Origin: Podarcis filfolensis
Lineage: Eukaryota
Assembly: GCA_964270895.1 (NCBI GenBank)
Contig: OZ185438.1
DNA length: 64,000 bases
Reading direction: 5' to 3' (one strand)
In this document: positions 13,701 through 26,716 of the stretch, one piece after another
Layout of the letters: each line of letters opens with the position of its first letter
Numbering within the stretch: position 1 is the stretch's first letter
The notes under the pieces: model-generated
Seen by the model: the letters and a program-made list of their open reading frames with translations, nothing else
Told to the model about the DNA's origin: nothing
Databases searched by the model: none
Translations under genes and position numbers: made by a program

Positions 13701-16489
13701 CTCAGAATACATTTAACTATTAATGTCCACATGCTGTTCTGAACTACATCGATAACAAAAAAAGGATTTTATTTCAAAGCCAACTTATTTCTCAATCAGA
13801 AATGCATAGCCATTTTAGAGAAACAAAAATAATGTCCGGTCTTCACGTTAACAATTTGAGATTACTCTTCCAGTCATTGAATTAATCCCTTCAGTTGCAA
13901 TGGAATCCTGATAAGAAATCTCCCTTATCTATCTTCCCCATTTGCATCTCTTACTGTGCGAACTTGCTAGACTGACACCATTAGCTGGGTAAGATTGTCT
14001 GTTCCGCTTCATGGAACCAATTGCAAAGTTTTGTGTTAGATCTATTTCACCATCCTAAGACAATTTCCTGTCCTAGTGCACTTCTCAGATCAAAAGAACA
14101 ATGTGCAGCGCTGGATTTCAACAACTACAAACCAGGATTTTAAAAAAATGAACACTTCTTCTCACACTGGGACTTTGACAGAACTTTGCTTCTCCATGCC
14201 CATAATCAACGTCCAACAACTCAACAGGAGTTACCCATGAACCCTTAATGCCTGACAAGTGATACAAAGGATACTTGGGGGGAATGTACACATCCATTGA
14301 GACTAACCGAAAAGATCTTGGACCATTTTTAAGTGGCTTACATGAAGGGCACTTACCCAAATCCCCTGTAGCTGTTGAGTCAGCTGTACTCCATGTATCC
14401 TGTGCTGCCGCATGTAATCAAGTGTTTAACATCACTGCCTAGCAGAACTTTTTCAGAAAATACTCCATCTCCTCTGATGGGGAAAGAGACACTCATTATG
14501 GAAATTCTTTTTAAAAGTATGTCTGGATATTAGATGGGAAAGGCTGCCAATTCTCAAAATGCTTAACAAGCCTGTTCATCACCAGACTGAAATCGGAGTA
14601 GTTTCTTTATGATGGCTTTTTCAGTTCTGTGTCCTTTTTTTAAAAAAAAAAAAAACTATGCTTTTGATCTTCAACTTTCCAGGGTAGAAATATTTCAAGA
14701 GGTCTGTGGGGGGTGAGCAATCAATCTGGAGATATTATTCTGTCATCAGCTCATTGAGGGAAAATCTTGTCTGCTCAAAAGAGAGAGAGAGAAGAGAAAA
14801 AAGAAAGCCTGGAGATAGCATCAGCCAGTTATCAGTGTTCTGTTGTGCTTTGTGAGAAATTTCTAACCCTTTTTCAATTGTGATCATACTCAAAACCAGA
14901 GAGCGAGAAACAGGGGGCAACACATTTCTTGTTGAGATAAAATGTGATATGTGATGTTGCTGTGAATGCAGTTGTCATCAGAATACAATTCACCAGCAAG
15001 GTATCTATATACATACAAAACCAGCTGAACATAATGGAATAGATCAAGCAGCTAGAAACTGGGATACCAGAAGCTAGTGTTGACCAACATGCAGGGTGTG
15101 GTTGTTATATTATCCCGCTAAGTCTCTTGATCTTATTGTTTTGGCATGTTTGATCATTAATTTTAGAATAAGAAAAGGAAATGATGATAAATCTTCTCAC
15201 TGCAGCCAAAGTGACCACCAGTAAAACCTTGGGGGAAAGGCTGCATCAATAACAGCACAGACATTAAAAATTGGAAAGATAATGTAGGTAGTCAAATTAA
15301 CAAATTTTATTAGAATGAGGAAAGGCAACAGCTTATAGGAAACTGGAGTATTTTCATAAACTTGAAAGGCACTGAAACTTGAAAGGTTTCAGTGGCTCAT
15401 TTTACTATGCTGCAAATAATTTTTAAATGTGGTGGTGATTTTTACTTATCATTAATGTATTTATCGATTTGTTGATTTACTTACTGATTTTGTTTAAAAA
15501 AATAAATCTTCTGACTTAATATGTGAGTCATCCTACTGCAGCTTTACTGTATGTTTAAAAAATCATTCTGCTGGGTTTTTATTTTTTTATTTTGGAATAT
15601 TCCATATAAATGACTACAAAGAAACAAATCTGAGCAGATGGCAAACGGAACACCTTTCATACCAACAGCAGGAAAGAAACAAAACAGATTTAAGTCACAG
15701 AGGTTTGGGTGTATGCTAGACATAAATAAGGGATGTAGAACCTTTATCAGCACAAGGCCCACATTGCTCATACGCAACTTTCTGAGGGAAGCATGCCACT
15801 GATGGGTGGAGCTAGAGGCATAAGTGGGAGTGGCCAGAGGCAAAAGCAGGTGGAGCAAGAGATAAGCCTCTTACTGTTGAACAGTAGGCTACATTCCAGA
15901 GGTTTCTGATCTCTCTCCCCCACCCCCACCCCCACCCCACATATCTCTCCATCCTCCAACCAGCAACCAGGCAAGCAAGAGGCATTATCACTATTTAACA
16001 ACATTTAACTAATGGAAGAAGGTCCAAAATAATGGTCACAGCATTTTCATGTTTAATTATTTCCTGTGGGTTTTGATCGCACCCAAGAAGTGCATCCACT
16101 TCACTGAAGTCAACGGTACTTAAGCAGCTGAACTTTATGCGGGATTACAGTCTTGAGACGCAATCTGAAAAGACGTGTGTACATATTTAATGCACGTACT
16201 TTTTAAAAGAATTTGTCCCCAGTCTGCTCTTTGAAAAGAAATGAAAAATGGAACAAACAAAGTAAACTGTTGTTTAAATTTCTAAATTAAAATATTTGGT
16301 ATAAGAAAAGATTTAAGGGGAACCGTTTATACATGAAGTTGCTTTATCCAGAAACTATAGTGGGTCCAAAATAATGAAGCAGGGATTGGTTGATATGGTT
16401 ATTATAGGCCAGTGCTTTGCTATGTGAACTAGTTTCCATTCCATATCTGGGTCTGATTCAAAGTTCTGGTATTAACCTTTAGATTGAGG

Positions 16490-16740
16490 TCAAGTTACCT
16501 AAAGGATTGCCTCCACCAGTTTATACCTACCAGAACCCTGAGATCAACTTCTGAGCCCTTCTCACAGTAGCTCTGCCAAATAAGGTCCAGTGGGTAGCTA
16601 CTACAAGATCTTTTCAATGTTGGTGTCCCTGTTATGAAATGGCCTCCTCATGGAGGCCCAATATGGTCATCATTCTGGTGCCAGGAGACCTTTTCATTTA
16701 CAAAATGTTTTTAACCCTTTTAATTTTGTTGCAATTACCG
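16490..16740 (+). mobile_element. Old L2 LINE 3' fragment
   Basis: Degenerate match to the L2 3' region seen in younger copies (ctaaaggattgcctccacc...gaaccctgagatcaacttctgag...). Confidence 0.5.
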
Positions 16741-17029
16741 TATGTCATTTTTAACATTTTTTTTCTGTTTTAAACTTTATTTTCATTATACATTTTTGTC
16801 TTTTATGATTTCAGCTTTTGTTTGCAAATGATCCAGAAATATCAAATTCTGAATAATTATAATACATAATAATCAAAATAACGTATACTCAAAATGGTAT
16901 ACAACTACTAGTGGCTAATTACTTTTGAACAGGTCTAGTGACAAATACCCTGCTCATTAAATGTTAATTATCATCATTATTTATTAAATTTGTTACTTGC
17001 TTTATCTTGCCCAAAGCAACTTACAACCA

Positions 17030-17560
17030 ATAACTAACCAACCAAACATACAAAGAAAAAACCTCACATAGCTACATTCAAAAACATCCCACCCACTTCT
17101 AAAAGGCCACAGATACTATAGTTAAAGGCCAAAGGCCTGGATTTAGAGGGAAATGTTTGCCTGGCACCTAAAAATATATAGTGAAGCCACCCTGGGGAAA
17201 GCATTCCACAAACGAGGAGCCACTGCAGAAAATACAGTGCCATGCTCTGGAGCTCTTGTGGAAGAGGCACATGAAGAAGGGCCTCAGATGACGGCATGGC
17301 CTGGGTTGGTTAACAGTCCTTGAGATAATTATGTTCTGAGCTGTTTAAGGCTTTATAGGTCAAAACCAGCACATTGAATTGGAACCTGAAAGTAATTGGC
17401 ACCCAGGCCAGTTGGGACAGGATTGATGAGCAACCTGGGCACCGAATTCTGCACCAGTTGAAATTTCTGAACCATTTTCAGAGGCAGCCCCACGTATAAT
17501 GCATTGCAGTGAGTCAAGGATGCAGCTTCCGAAAATGAAATCTATAGCAGCATAGCAATC
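17030..17560 (-). mobile_element. Old L2 LINE fragment
   Basis: agcattccacaaacgaggagccactgcagaaaa...gcacattgaattgg...ttttcagaggcagccccacgtataatgcattgcagt; degenerate minus-strand L2 RT 3' end. Confidence 0.6.
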
Positions 17561-17692
17561 CCTGGAGAGATAGCAAAACACCATGTTTCGTTGGGCTGAG
17601 TTGGTGTATGCACCACCCCACCCATTTATTTGCTGGTGCAGCAAATCATGGTGGGCAGGAGGAACCTCCCCACACTAGATCTGGATCAGAGA

Positions 17693-18224
17693 CAACAACC
17701 ACAACAACAACAACAATTTATTATTTATACCCCTCCCATCTGGCTGGGTTTCCCCAGCCACTCTGGGCGGCTCCCAACCGAATATTAAAAACACAATACA
17801 GCATTAAACATTAAAAACATCCCAAAACAGGGCTGCCTTCAGATGTCTTTTAAAAGTAAGATAGTTGCTTATTGCCTTGACACCTGATGGGAGGGCGTTC
17901 CACAGGGCAGACGCCACTACCCTCTGCCTGGTTCCCTGTAACCTCACTTCTCACAGTGAAGGAACCACCAGAAGGCCCTCAGTGCTGGACGTCAGTGAAC
18001 GATGGGGGTAGAGACGAGGCCATTTAGGGCTTTAAAGGTCAGCACCAACACTTTGAACTATGCTTGGAAATGTACTGGGAGCCAATGCAGATCTCTCAGG
18101 ACCAGTGTTATATGGTCTCGGCGACCACTCCCAGTCACCAGTCTAGCTGCCGCATTCTGGATTAATAGTTTCTGAGTCACTTTCAAAGGTAGCCTCACAT
18201 AGAGTGCATTGCAGTAGTCCAAGC
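17693..18224 (-). mobile_element. L2 LINE 3' fragment with short-repeat tail
   Basis: Shares ccccacccatctggctgggtttccccagccactctgggcgg and gcattgcagtagtccaagc with the copy at 52636-53438, which encodes an L2 RT C-terminus. Confidence 0.88.
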
Positions 18225-18236
18225 ATTCCACTTAGA

Positions 18237-18380
18237 AAGCTGGCATATACTGAGTCAGGGCTTCAAGATCCCAGAGTTTCAAGCAGGGATCTTTTCCAGG
18301 CCAACCTGGAATTGCCAGAGATTGAACTGGGGTCATCTGCATGCAAAGCATGTGCTCTACCATAGAGGTACAGTTCCCTG
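18237..18380 (-). mobile_element. Squam2-like SINE, internally deleted
   Basis: tactgagtcag...gattgaactgggg...tgcatgcaaagcatgtgctctacc...; reverse-complement tRNA head. Confidence 0.6.
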
Positions 18381-19329
18381 CTCCTGCCCCCATTTCTAGA
18401 AAAGAACAATTCTCATGTCACTGTGCCATTTTGACACCACAAGAGAGCCATGGCCTGGTAAATTATGGATGTGCCAACCACTGAATTTACCTGAAGAAAT
18501 TCCCATTAGCATCTGTTGAAGTATGTATAAGTAAAAGACTGAGTAAAACCTAAGTACTACCTCACTCAGTCAGTAGTTACAATGATTTCACTCAGCAGAG
18601 ATACTGTCAAGTGGTAGAAGCTGGAATGCTGAAGAATTATTCACATTTTTAAGATCTCCAATTAAAGCCAAGGCAGGATCACTCTCTGCTTGAAAGGAAT
18701 CAGCAATAGAATATTGCTTAAGCATCATAAACAAGTGTACTTAGGGCACCTTTTTATCCTTGGGTAGATTTACAGTATGTGAATCTTCTGATTTTATGAT
18801 GTCATTAGTATAAAAAAAAAATTGCCTTTTGGTCTTTAGCGGAGGTTATTAAAAACATAAAATCATTTTACAACCTCAGTCGCTGTATCTTTCCATTAAC
18901 AGTGACATGAAATGTGCCGCCCCATGAAGATCCCGACTGGCATTTGGAAAGCTTTTCCTCTGGCAGGAGCACAGCATAACCCCGGGTCCATTCTTCAAGA
19001 TTACTTAGGTCTTCCATAAAACCACCAGCACAAAATCTACATTGCAATCTATGCCTCTCCATAGCCCTTCCTGGTGCACTAAAAACATATCCATGCAGTT
19101 ATCACAGCATGCCTTCAAAAACGTAGGATGCTGGTCAGCATGTTGTCAGAAAGGAAAATTTGCTTAAATGTGAAATTTGAACTTTCAAATTACTTAATTT
19201 TTGTAGCTGTTTTTTAAATACATCCTATGATATTAACTCCAATATCATAAGATGTATACAAATAATAGCTTTTTCTCTAGGGACACAGTTCTCATTAAAA
19301 GGTGAATCTACCTAATCAATACTTTCTGA

Positions 19330-20490
19330 AACAATATGTGAATGAAAACACAGCTATCCGTCAACATTCGCACCTCTCTGAATTTTGCAATGCAGTTTTC
19401 CCTCCAATTGATGTTTACAAAAATGCCCATACAAGTGTAAAGTATGCATAAAATGTATATATTAATGAAAATATAAATGCTTTATATTGGTAAATCGTGT
19501 CCTCCCTAAAAGAGGGCACATGTTGCGGTGAGACCTGGAGACTGACCTCCTGTGTTGTGGGTAGATACGATTGGTCAGCCACAACACCCAATTGGTAGGT
19601 CCCTTGTAGCTGGGTACAATCTGGCCAATGGGACACAGTCCAAACAGTTTGAGGGACCTATGTATACTTATGCACGTGACCCAGAACTTCCTCTTTCGGC
19701 GTGTGCATTCGGAACACCCGCCCACCTCTCCCTACTTTTAGGGCATTGTGCAATTCACCTTGCTGTGCCGTCGTGTGTTGTCTGTCATTGGGACAGGGCA
19801 TGGCAGGAATTTTCTCACTTGGTTGATTGGCTGTGGCCATTTGGGTTTCACCTGTGGTGTAGCAAATTGTCACAATTTGTAAGGTTGCGGATAGGCTCTG
19901 ATTCAGGTGATAGGGATGGGAGAGAGGTCTTGCCATCCCTTTGTGAAGGGTATTCCATTAAAGGAATCCAGGGACTCAACTGGTTTGGTCAACCCCCGAG
20001 AGGGGGTTGTGACCATGCCTGAGTCCAAGGGGGCATCTGGGTGGTGAACATAGTCTGTTCCCGGCTTTTCACCTACCCAGGTGTTCACCCTTGGCTGAGC
20101 TATGCTGGTGCCCTGGGTCAGCGCTGCCTGCAAGGGTGCAGGGAGCTAGTCGAACAAGAGCCTATGCAACTACTCACCTTCTGTAATCAATAAAGTTGTG
20201 GCCTAAATTCTGCCAAAAACCAAAACTAAAATTTGAGTCAAGTGTCAATTTATTTAGGGGGGAGGTATCTGGGTCTGAACACGCAACATGGCAAAAAGCT
20301 GTATGTTATGTGACATTTCTTACACAAATGTGTATTTTAGGATAAACCCTCACAGATTTTCCATGAGAAATTTTCTTTACACACACGCACATTGATGTGG
20401 AAATGTAGAGAGCTGATCCTGAAACTGGTAAAATGAGGAACAGAAAGAAACCAAAACTGACCAATTCATGCATATTTATTTCTCCCTGAG
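19330..20490 (+). mobile_element. Old AT-rich MITE (TAGGGATGG-terminus family), split by a solo LTR
   Basis: aaacacagctatccgtcaacattcgcacc...ttttgcaatgcagtt on the left of the LTR and gtggaaatgtagagagctga...gaaaccaaaactgac on the right match the copies at 27868, 29300, 50367 and 56582. Confidence 0.6.
19521..20288 (+). mobile_element. Solo LTR, 768 bp, CpG-retaining
   Basis: Perfect 7-bp terminal inverted repeat TGTTGCG/CGCAACA. Clustered CCAAT/ATTGG boxes (19570, 19588-19595, 19625, 19826). AATAAA at 20189-20194, 94 nt from the end. No clean TSD found. Confidence 0.75.
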
Positions 20491-20774
20491 TGTAATTCTT
20501 TCATGCAGCCAAAACAGAAGAGGGAAGCCTGGGGAAACTGAGAAGATTTTACAAGTAAGCCCTAAAGGAAGGAGAAAACCTATAACAACTTAATGGGAAC
20601 TAAACACACCTAGTCAGCATAGACCAACTTAATGAGAACCTAGTCGGCACAGAATAATGACTGGCTGCTGTACAGTGGATGGGGCAGATTAGTTGCTAAT
20701 ATGTATAATAGGCAATCACTCATGATAAAAATGGGTTGGATCGAAACAATGGGTTGGTGTGCCCCAGTACTTAG

Positions 20775-20775
<1 letters not shown>

Positions 20776-20822
<47 letters not shown>

Positions 20823-20860
20823 ATCTATCTATCTATCTATCTATCATCTATCATCTATCA
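20776..20860. repeat. (TCTA)n compound microsatellite
   Basis: Direct read. Confidence 0.95.
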
Positions 20861-22658
20861 CATGTCACTATTCAGTTTTTAAAAATCAGAGCAGTTTACA
20901 ACAATCACACATAAAACTATACAATAAAAACCACATAAAAAATAAAATAAGAGAAAATAACTGTAACCATGGTTTAAAGGTGAGCATACAGTGTATTGGT
21001 GCACAGGGTTAAAATCACTCCCCCCCTCATTCCTGTTGTGGAGCCCTGTCAGGTTGTAAGCCTTGGTTTGATTTAGGATTACGTCTAAACCTGGGCTCAT
21101 GTTTTATTTCCATCAAGCAAATCTTAAGGAGTCAAAAACAAGCACTGGATACAGTTTGTGGTTTAGAGAGAGAGAAACTCATGGTAAAATCAGTAGAAGC
21201 ACACGACACGTTCGCCATTAAAGTGCTGTTCCAGGAAAAATTATACATGAGGAGTGTAAACAAACATTTAAAATGCAGTTTTTAAACTATAGTTAAGCTT
21301 AACTGTGGTTTGAAGTACTGTGCAAACCAGGCCTTTGTCATGCTTCATTAGAATAGAGCCGCTGAAAACAATCGGACTTGAGTCCCATTGATTTTAAAAT
21401 TCAGACACCCTCTCAAGGGTCACACATTTGAATTTATGCCTTTGCCGAGGCACACAAATACCCAAATTCAATTTGTGAATGCAAAGTGGTCAATTTGTTG
21501 CAATGCCCTGAGTATTTGCAATGTATATTTAATGGAAGGGAATTATCTTTATTCATGAGCGCGGTCAGAGGGATTAGGTTTTCAAAGGTATGGGAATCTC
21601 TGCGAAGGTAATGAGCCTGCATCCCTTTGCTCTCTTCGATTCATGTGAAACAATCTCATCTCTTCTGCCCCCAGACTGTGTAAGCTTGTTAGCCACTTGC
21701 CTTTTCATTCTAACTCTATTTATTAGCAGAGGAAGGATTTTGCTATGTAAAATATTCAACAGGGTTGATGGGGAGTCTTTAGACCTGTTCAGGACAATTG
21801 CAACCAGTTATTCAAGGCAGAACACATGTAAGCGTGAAATACTTCATGTACCACAGAAATGGAAAGCAAAAAAAACCAGACTTTACAAGATTCCTCATTA
21901 CAAGTGACACTTCACTCCTTACAGACATATGCATTTTTCAACATTTCACGCACCCAGCCTGTTATTTGAATGCTTATGACTGCACTTATATCAAATGGAT
22001 ACCATAAATTCTGATGTTGGAAAGTACTGTTCCAGAAAACTTTACAGAAGATGAGCAAAACAAATATTTAAAACACTATTTTAAAAAAAGTATTTCTCTT
22101 TGGCAGTTTAGAATGTCATTTATTAGTATTCACTGCTTCACCTACTATATAATGCATGGGTTGCTGTGCTGTGTGTAATTTTCAAAGCAGACCAACAGAA
22201 CATTTTGCTAGAGTAGGTAGAAGGGAAGGCAAAACAACACTACTGATGGGAGTAAAAAAAAAAAAGTCCGGTTTGTTTACTAATGCTGAAAAGGTACTGC
22301 CATTTAACTGATTCTGAAATTAGAAAGAAATAATGTATTCATAAAAGTTATATATGCAAATAAAATGTTAATCTGTTGATTAAAACAACAACATCTGATT
22401 TATAAACCAAAATACATTTCCCCAAACCAGGATACATTCCTCAAAAGAGATGAGACCATCTTAGCTGTGAGTCCTAAAAGACCCATTTCCTCCTAGCCTG
22501 GGAAGGCATGGCTCAGACTGACTCCAGCTACAAAAGCTGAGGCCACTGAGCAGACTCTTGAGCCATTGCTGTCTTTATTGCCTTTATATACTTTATTGTC
22601 AATCTTGTGATTTATGTGTGAATTGTTCAGTTTGGATGTGTATTTTGAATGTTTTAGT

Positions 22659-22804
22659 CAGTGTTTTTTTTCTGGGGGTACGCAGGGGTATGCATACCTG
22701 TAAACATTTTGTGAATCTAAGTTTGGTCTCATTGAGGGGAAGTATTTCAATATGAGTAGGAAAATGAGAGCACCCCTAAAAAATTTTTTAGGAAAAAAGC
22801 ACTG
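22659..22804. mobile_element. hAT MITE, 146 bp
   Basis: Termini CAGTGTTTTTTT/AAAAAAGCACTG. Perfect 8-bp TSD gttttagt (22651-22658, 22805-22812). Related to 62752-62951. Confidence 0.88.
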
Positions 22805-22917
22805 GTTTTAGTTACTGTTTATGAGTTCTTTTGTTATGTTGTAGTTATGTATTTTTTCATGTTGTAAGCAACCTCAAGCATGGTTTGGACTGTAAAAAGA
22901 TGACATACAAATAAAAT

Positions 22918-22954
22918 TATGTATGTATGTATGTATGTATGTATGTATGTATGT
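22918..22954. repeat. (TATG)n microsatellite
   Basis: Direct read. Confidence 0.95.
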
Positions 22955-24650
22955 GGTTTCAACATACTTAACTTGCAATTCTATGCCCGCTTATTTGGGA
23001 GTCATTTGGGAGTTCCAATGAACACAATTTATCTTACCACTGAGTAAACATATACTCTACTTTGAGGGTTTTGTTGTTGTTTTTTACAATTAAGTAGTAT
23101 ATAAGTTTTATGAAACACAAACAAACAAATAGGATTGCACTGTTAAATTATCCTGGTCAAATGTCAATACTTTAAAAGTCCTATTGACTTTAGAGGAAGG
23201 GTTAGTGTGCTTCAAGCTGCATTCCTATACATACATGCTTATGAGTAAGTCCCACTGAACTCATTGAGACTTATTCCTCAGCACATATATAAATATACTC
23301 TGGATATATATAAGATTGCACTGTAAATCTCATCCACTGGAATTAATGGGACTTAAAGCTGCCTCATGGTTATGAACACTGGCAGAATGGGGTCTTCCTA
23401 TAGTCTGTTCAAGCTTTGAGGGGTGTCATTATGCATTTTTAATTAGGACAGACCCACAACTATATCCAGGTAGGAAGTTGAGGCGTTTCTTGTTGTTGTT
23501 TTGTTTTGTTTTGTTTTGTTTTGTTACATCCTGCGCCAAAGTAACTTGGCCAGGCTTAGGTACACGTTGACTCAGAAAGGAAGCACCAGTTGCTGCTCTG
23601 CTTCAGCTAGCAAAATGTCTTGGGTCAGCCCTATATCTGGTTGCCCCTAGTTATTAAAAATTTGGCGCTATCACTTAGCACTATTTTCAGATCTTAACAG
23701 TGTTGTGTGTCTAAATGCTTTAAACAGTTTTAAAGGGTGAATATTTTCATCCTCACATAAGGCTCGGCGGGGGGAGCATTTCAAGCCTTGGGATAAAGAG
23801 AGCATTTTGATTTTGAAAAGTCACACTAAACTAATATCTCTTGTCTAACAGCTGTGCCCTTCATCCTCTTTCACTTAAAGTCAACCATCACAGCCCCTTC
23901 TTTTGGCTGAGGTAACAAGCAGCCCATTAAAAACTTAGAGGCGTGGACAGATTCCCCCATTCAGATGGTTCCCAACACACTTGCAGGTGCTGAACAGCAT
24001 CTCTTGTGTTTCTGAGAAAAAGCCAACACAGAGAGGATATTATTCTCTAAGTGGTTTCCTGGTTTCACATTTTCTGGAGTATAGTGTTAAGTTGCTGAAA
24101 GACTACTTCATTCATATGATTGGGAACCAGTTCGGCATTAGAATGTAGGATGAGTGAAGCAACAATTATTGGGATGAAAATTATGAGCAGTTTAGATTAT
24201 ACCTCAAAGAGTGATGCCTACATTTTTATGTTATATTGTGGTCATATCAAGGGGCCTTTATCATAAGCTTTTCTCTCATTCTTGAACCCTTGCATACATG
24301 AGTGGTCTCAAAAGCTACCATAAAGAGCACCAGTATAAGTGCTGGAATGAGCAGGACAGCAGCAATGGAACTTTTCACATTAGCCTTCCATCCTTTCTTT
24401 ACCCACTAATTCAACCATCTTCAAAGGATATTAGCAGGGTTTTGATGCTGAGTAAATATAGAAGAAAAACTAAGCCTGAATAGCCTCAAGACTGGAGTTT
24501 GTTGGACCTTACAAAAATAATGTCCTTGATTCCAAGTAGAGTTTCATGTTCATGGTATAATCCACTCTAGCAGACGAGTTTAACAAAATTTACCAGCCCA
24601 GCCATCCACATATAGATATATTGTGAGGTGGCTATATAAAATGTATTCTG

Positions 24651-25730
24651 GGCATACAATTTGGACAAGAAAATTGGCTTCCAGGTGGAAAAATCAAAAT
24701 TGGAAACAGAACTGTTAGATCCCAAAACTAAGACTCTGTCAAGGATGTATAACTTGCTGCTGAAATGGAATACTCAGGATGAAACGGTGAAATCTGCTAT
24801 GATTAAATGGGCACAAGATGTTGGAAACAACATTATGTTGGCTGACTGGGAACAGTTATGGACCACAGGTATGAAGTTTACGGCATGTAATGCCTTAAGA
24901 GAGAATATTATGAAAATGATATATAGGTGGTACATGACACCAGTCAAGCTTGCAAAAATATATCATTTGCCTGATAATAAATGCTGGAAATGTAAAGAGA
25001 CTGAAGGTACATTCTTTCACCTTTGGTGGACATGCCCAAGGATTAAGGCTTTCTGGGAGATGATCTATAATGAAATGAAAAAGGTATTTAAATATACCTT
25101 TCTGAAGAAACCAGAGGCCTTTCTCCTGGGCATGGTCGGCCAATCGGTGTTAAACAAGGATAGAATTTTTTTTATGTATGCTACAGCAGCAGCAAGAACA
25201 CTTATCGCAAAGTATTGGAAGACACAAGATCTACCCACCCGGGAAGAATGGCAGATGAAGGTGATGGATTACATGGAACTGGCGGAAATGACTGGCAGAA
25301 TCCGAGACCAGGGAGAAGAGTCGGTAGAAGAAGGTTGGAAGAAATTTAAAGACTATCTACAGAAACATTGTAAAATTAAGGAATGTTAGAAGGATGCTGG
25401 AATGAAGTTATGTGATTTAGCAGCAATGTTACAAAGGAGTAAGCAAAAATGGATTGTTAACAGGTGAGAATGTAAAGTTACAATATATTAAGATAAATTA
25501 CTAAGATAAAAACAAAGATGGAAACGATTTGCTGAATTAACTAATTGAACTAGAATACAAAAAAGGGAGGTGTGAGGAGGTCAAGGAAATAAGCAAATGA
25601 AAGATAAGATATGGAAAGATTGACTTGTTTATAATTGTTTTTATTTTTCTGTATTTTGTATTTTTTGTTTTATTTTTCTTTATTTTTGTAATTTTGTGAA
25701 ATTTCAATAAATATTATTTTTTTAAAAAAA
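24651..25730 (+). mobile_element. 5'-truncated L1-clade LINE: ORF2 C-terminus (24661-25389) plus 3'UTR
   Basis: Open 242-codon frame with the cysteine-rich C-terminal motif CWKC...TFFHLWWTC. T-rich 3'UTR and AATAAA at 25706-25711. 18-bp TSD tatataaaatgtattctg at 24633-24650 and 25731-25748. Confidence 0.93.
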
Positions 25731-25892
25731 TATATAAAATGTATTCTGATTGATTTAAGTCCAGTGTCAATATGTGGCTGTCTGCCTGCCTGATCGTATC
25801 ATATCTGTGTCTGTTCTTTGTGTCTTTCTGTATGTGATTGTGCATAAGCACTACAATAGTGTCTACTTTCAAATTATTATCTGCTCCATCAA

Positions 25893-26192
25893 GGGCCCAA
25901 TCTGCCCTAGACATTTAAAGCAGCTCCATACCACTTTAAACTGTCATTGCTTCCTCCAAAGAATCCTGGGAACTGTAGTTTGTTAAGAGTGCTGAGAGTT
26001 CTTAGGAGAACCCAAGTTTCCTCACAGAACTACAATACCCAGAGTTCCCTGGGAAGAGAGATCAATTGATAATTGACTTGAGAATTGTAGGGAACAACTC
26101 AGCAGCCTTTACAAAGTACCATTCCTGGGATTCTTTGGAGGAAGCCCTGAACGTTGTAGGATACTGCTTTAAATCTATAGCTCAGCTAGGGC
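25893..26192. mobile_element. Palindromic squamate MITE
   Basis: Inverted arms atttaaagcag/ctgctttaaat and cttcctccaaagaatcctgggaactgtag / accattcctgggattctttggaggaag. Related copy at 63587-63777. Confidence 0.7.
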
Positions 26193-26367
26193 CAAGCGTG
26201 CTGGAGAAGCATAACAAAACTTATGATGCCCATAAGGTAATATCTGGGAGGAAAGGCAGAGGTGGCAAGGTAATTCAATACAATTTAAAGCCACCTGGCA
26301 GACAAAGAAAAAACTCTGAAGCTATTTGCCGAAACTTTGATATCCACCATACTTTGACAGGCACCAT

Positions 26368-26716
26368 TGTTGTTGTTTAGTCGTTTAGTCGTGTCTGACT
26401 CTTCGTGACCCCGTGGACTAGAGCACGCCAGGCACACCTGTCTTCCACTGCCTCCCGCAGTTCGGTCAAACTCATGCTGGTAGCTTCGAGAACACTGTCG
26501 AACCATCTCGTCCTCTGTCGTCGCCTTCTCCTTGTGCCCTCCATCTTTCCCAACATCAGGGTCTTTTCCAGGAAGTCTTCTCTTCTCATGAGGTGGCCAA
26601 AGTATTGGAGCCTCAGCTTCAGGATCTGTCCTTCCAGTGAGCACTCAGGGCTGATTTCCTTCAGAATGGATAGGTTTGATCTTCTTGCAGTCCATGGGAC
26701 TCTCAAGAGTCTCCTC
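26368..26716 (-). mobile_element. RTE-BovB LINE 3' fragment
   Basis: Frame 26377-26706 encodes RVPWTARRSNLSILKEISPECSLEGQILKLRLQYFGHLMRREDFLEKTLMLGK...AWRALVHGVTKSQTRLND, the BovB C-terminus. (CAA)-type tail. 10-bp TSD caggcaccat (26358-26367, 26717-26726). Confidence 0.93.

Noticed and set aside
13940-13947. Octamer (ATTTGCAT) as a POU-factor site
   Set aside because: The same 8-mer occurs several times in this AT-rich window; not informative without conservation data.
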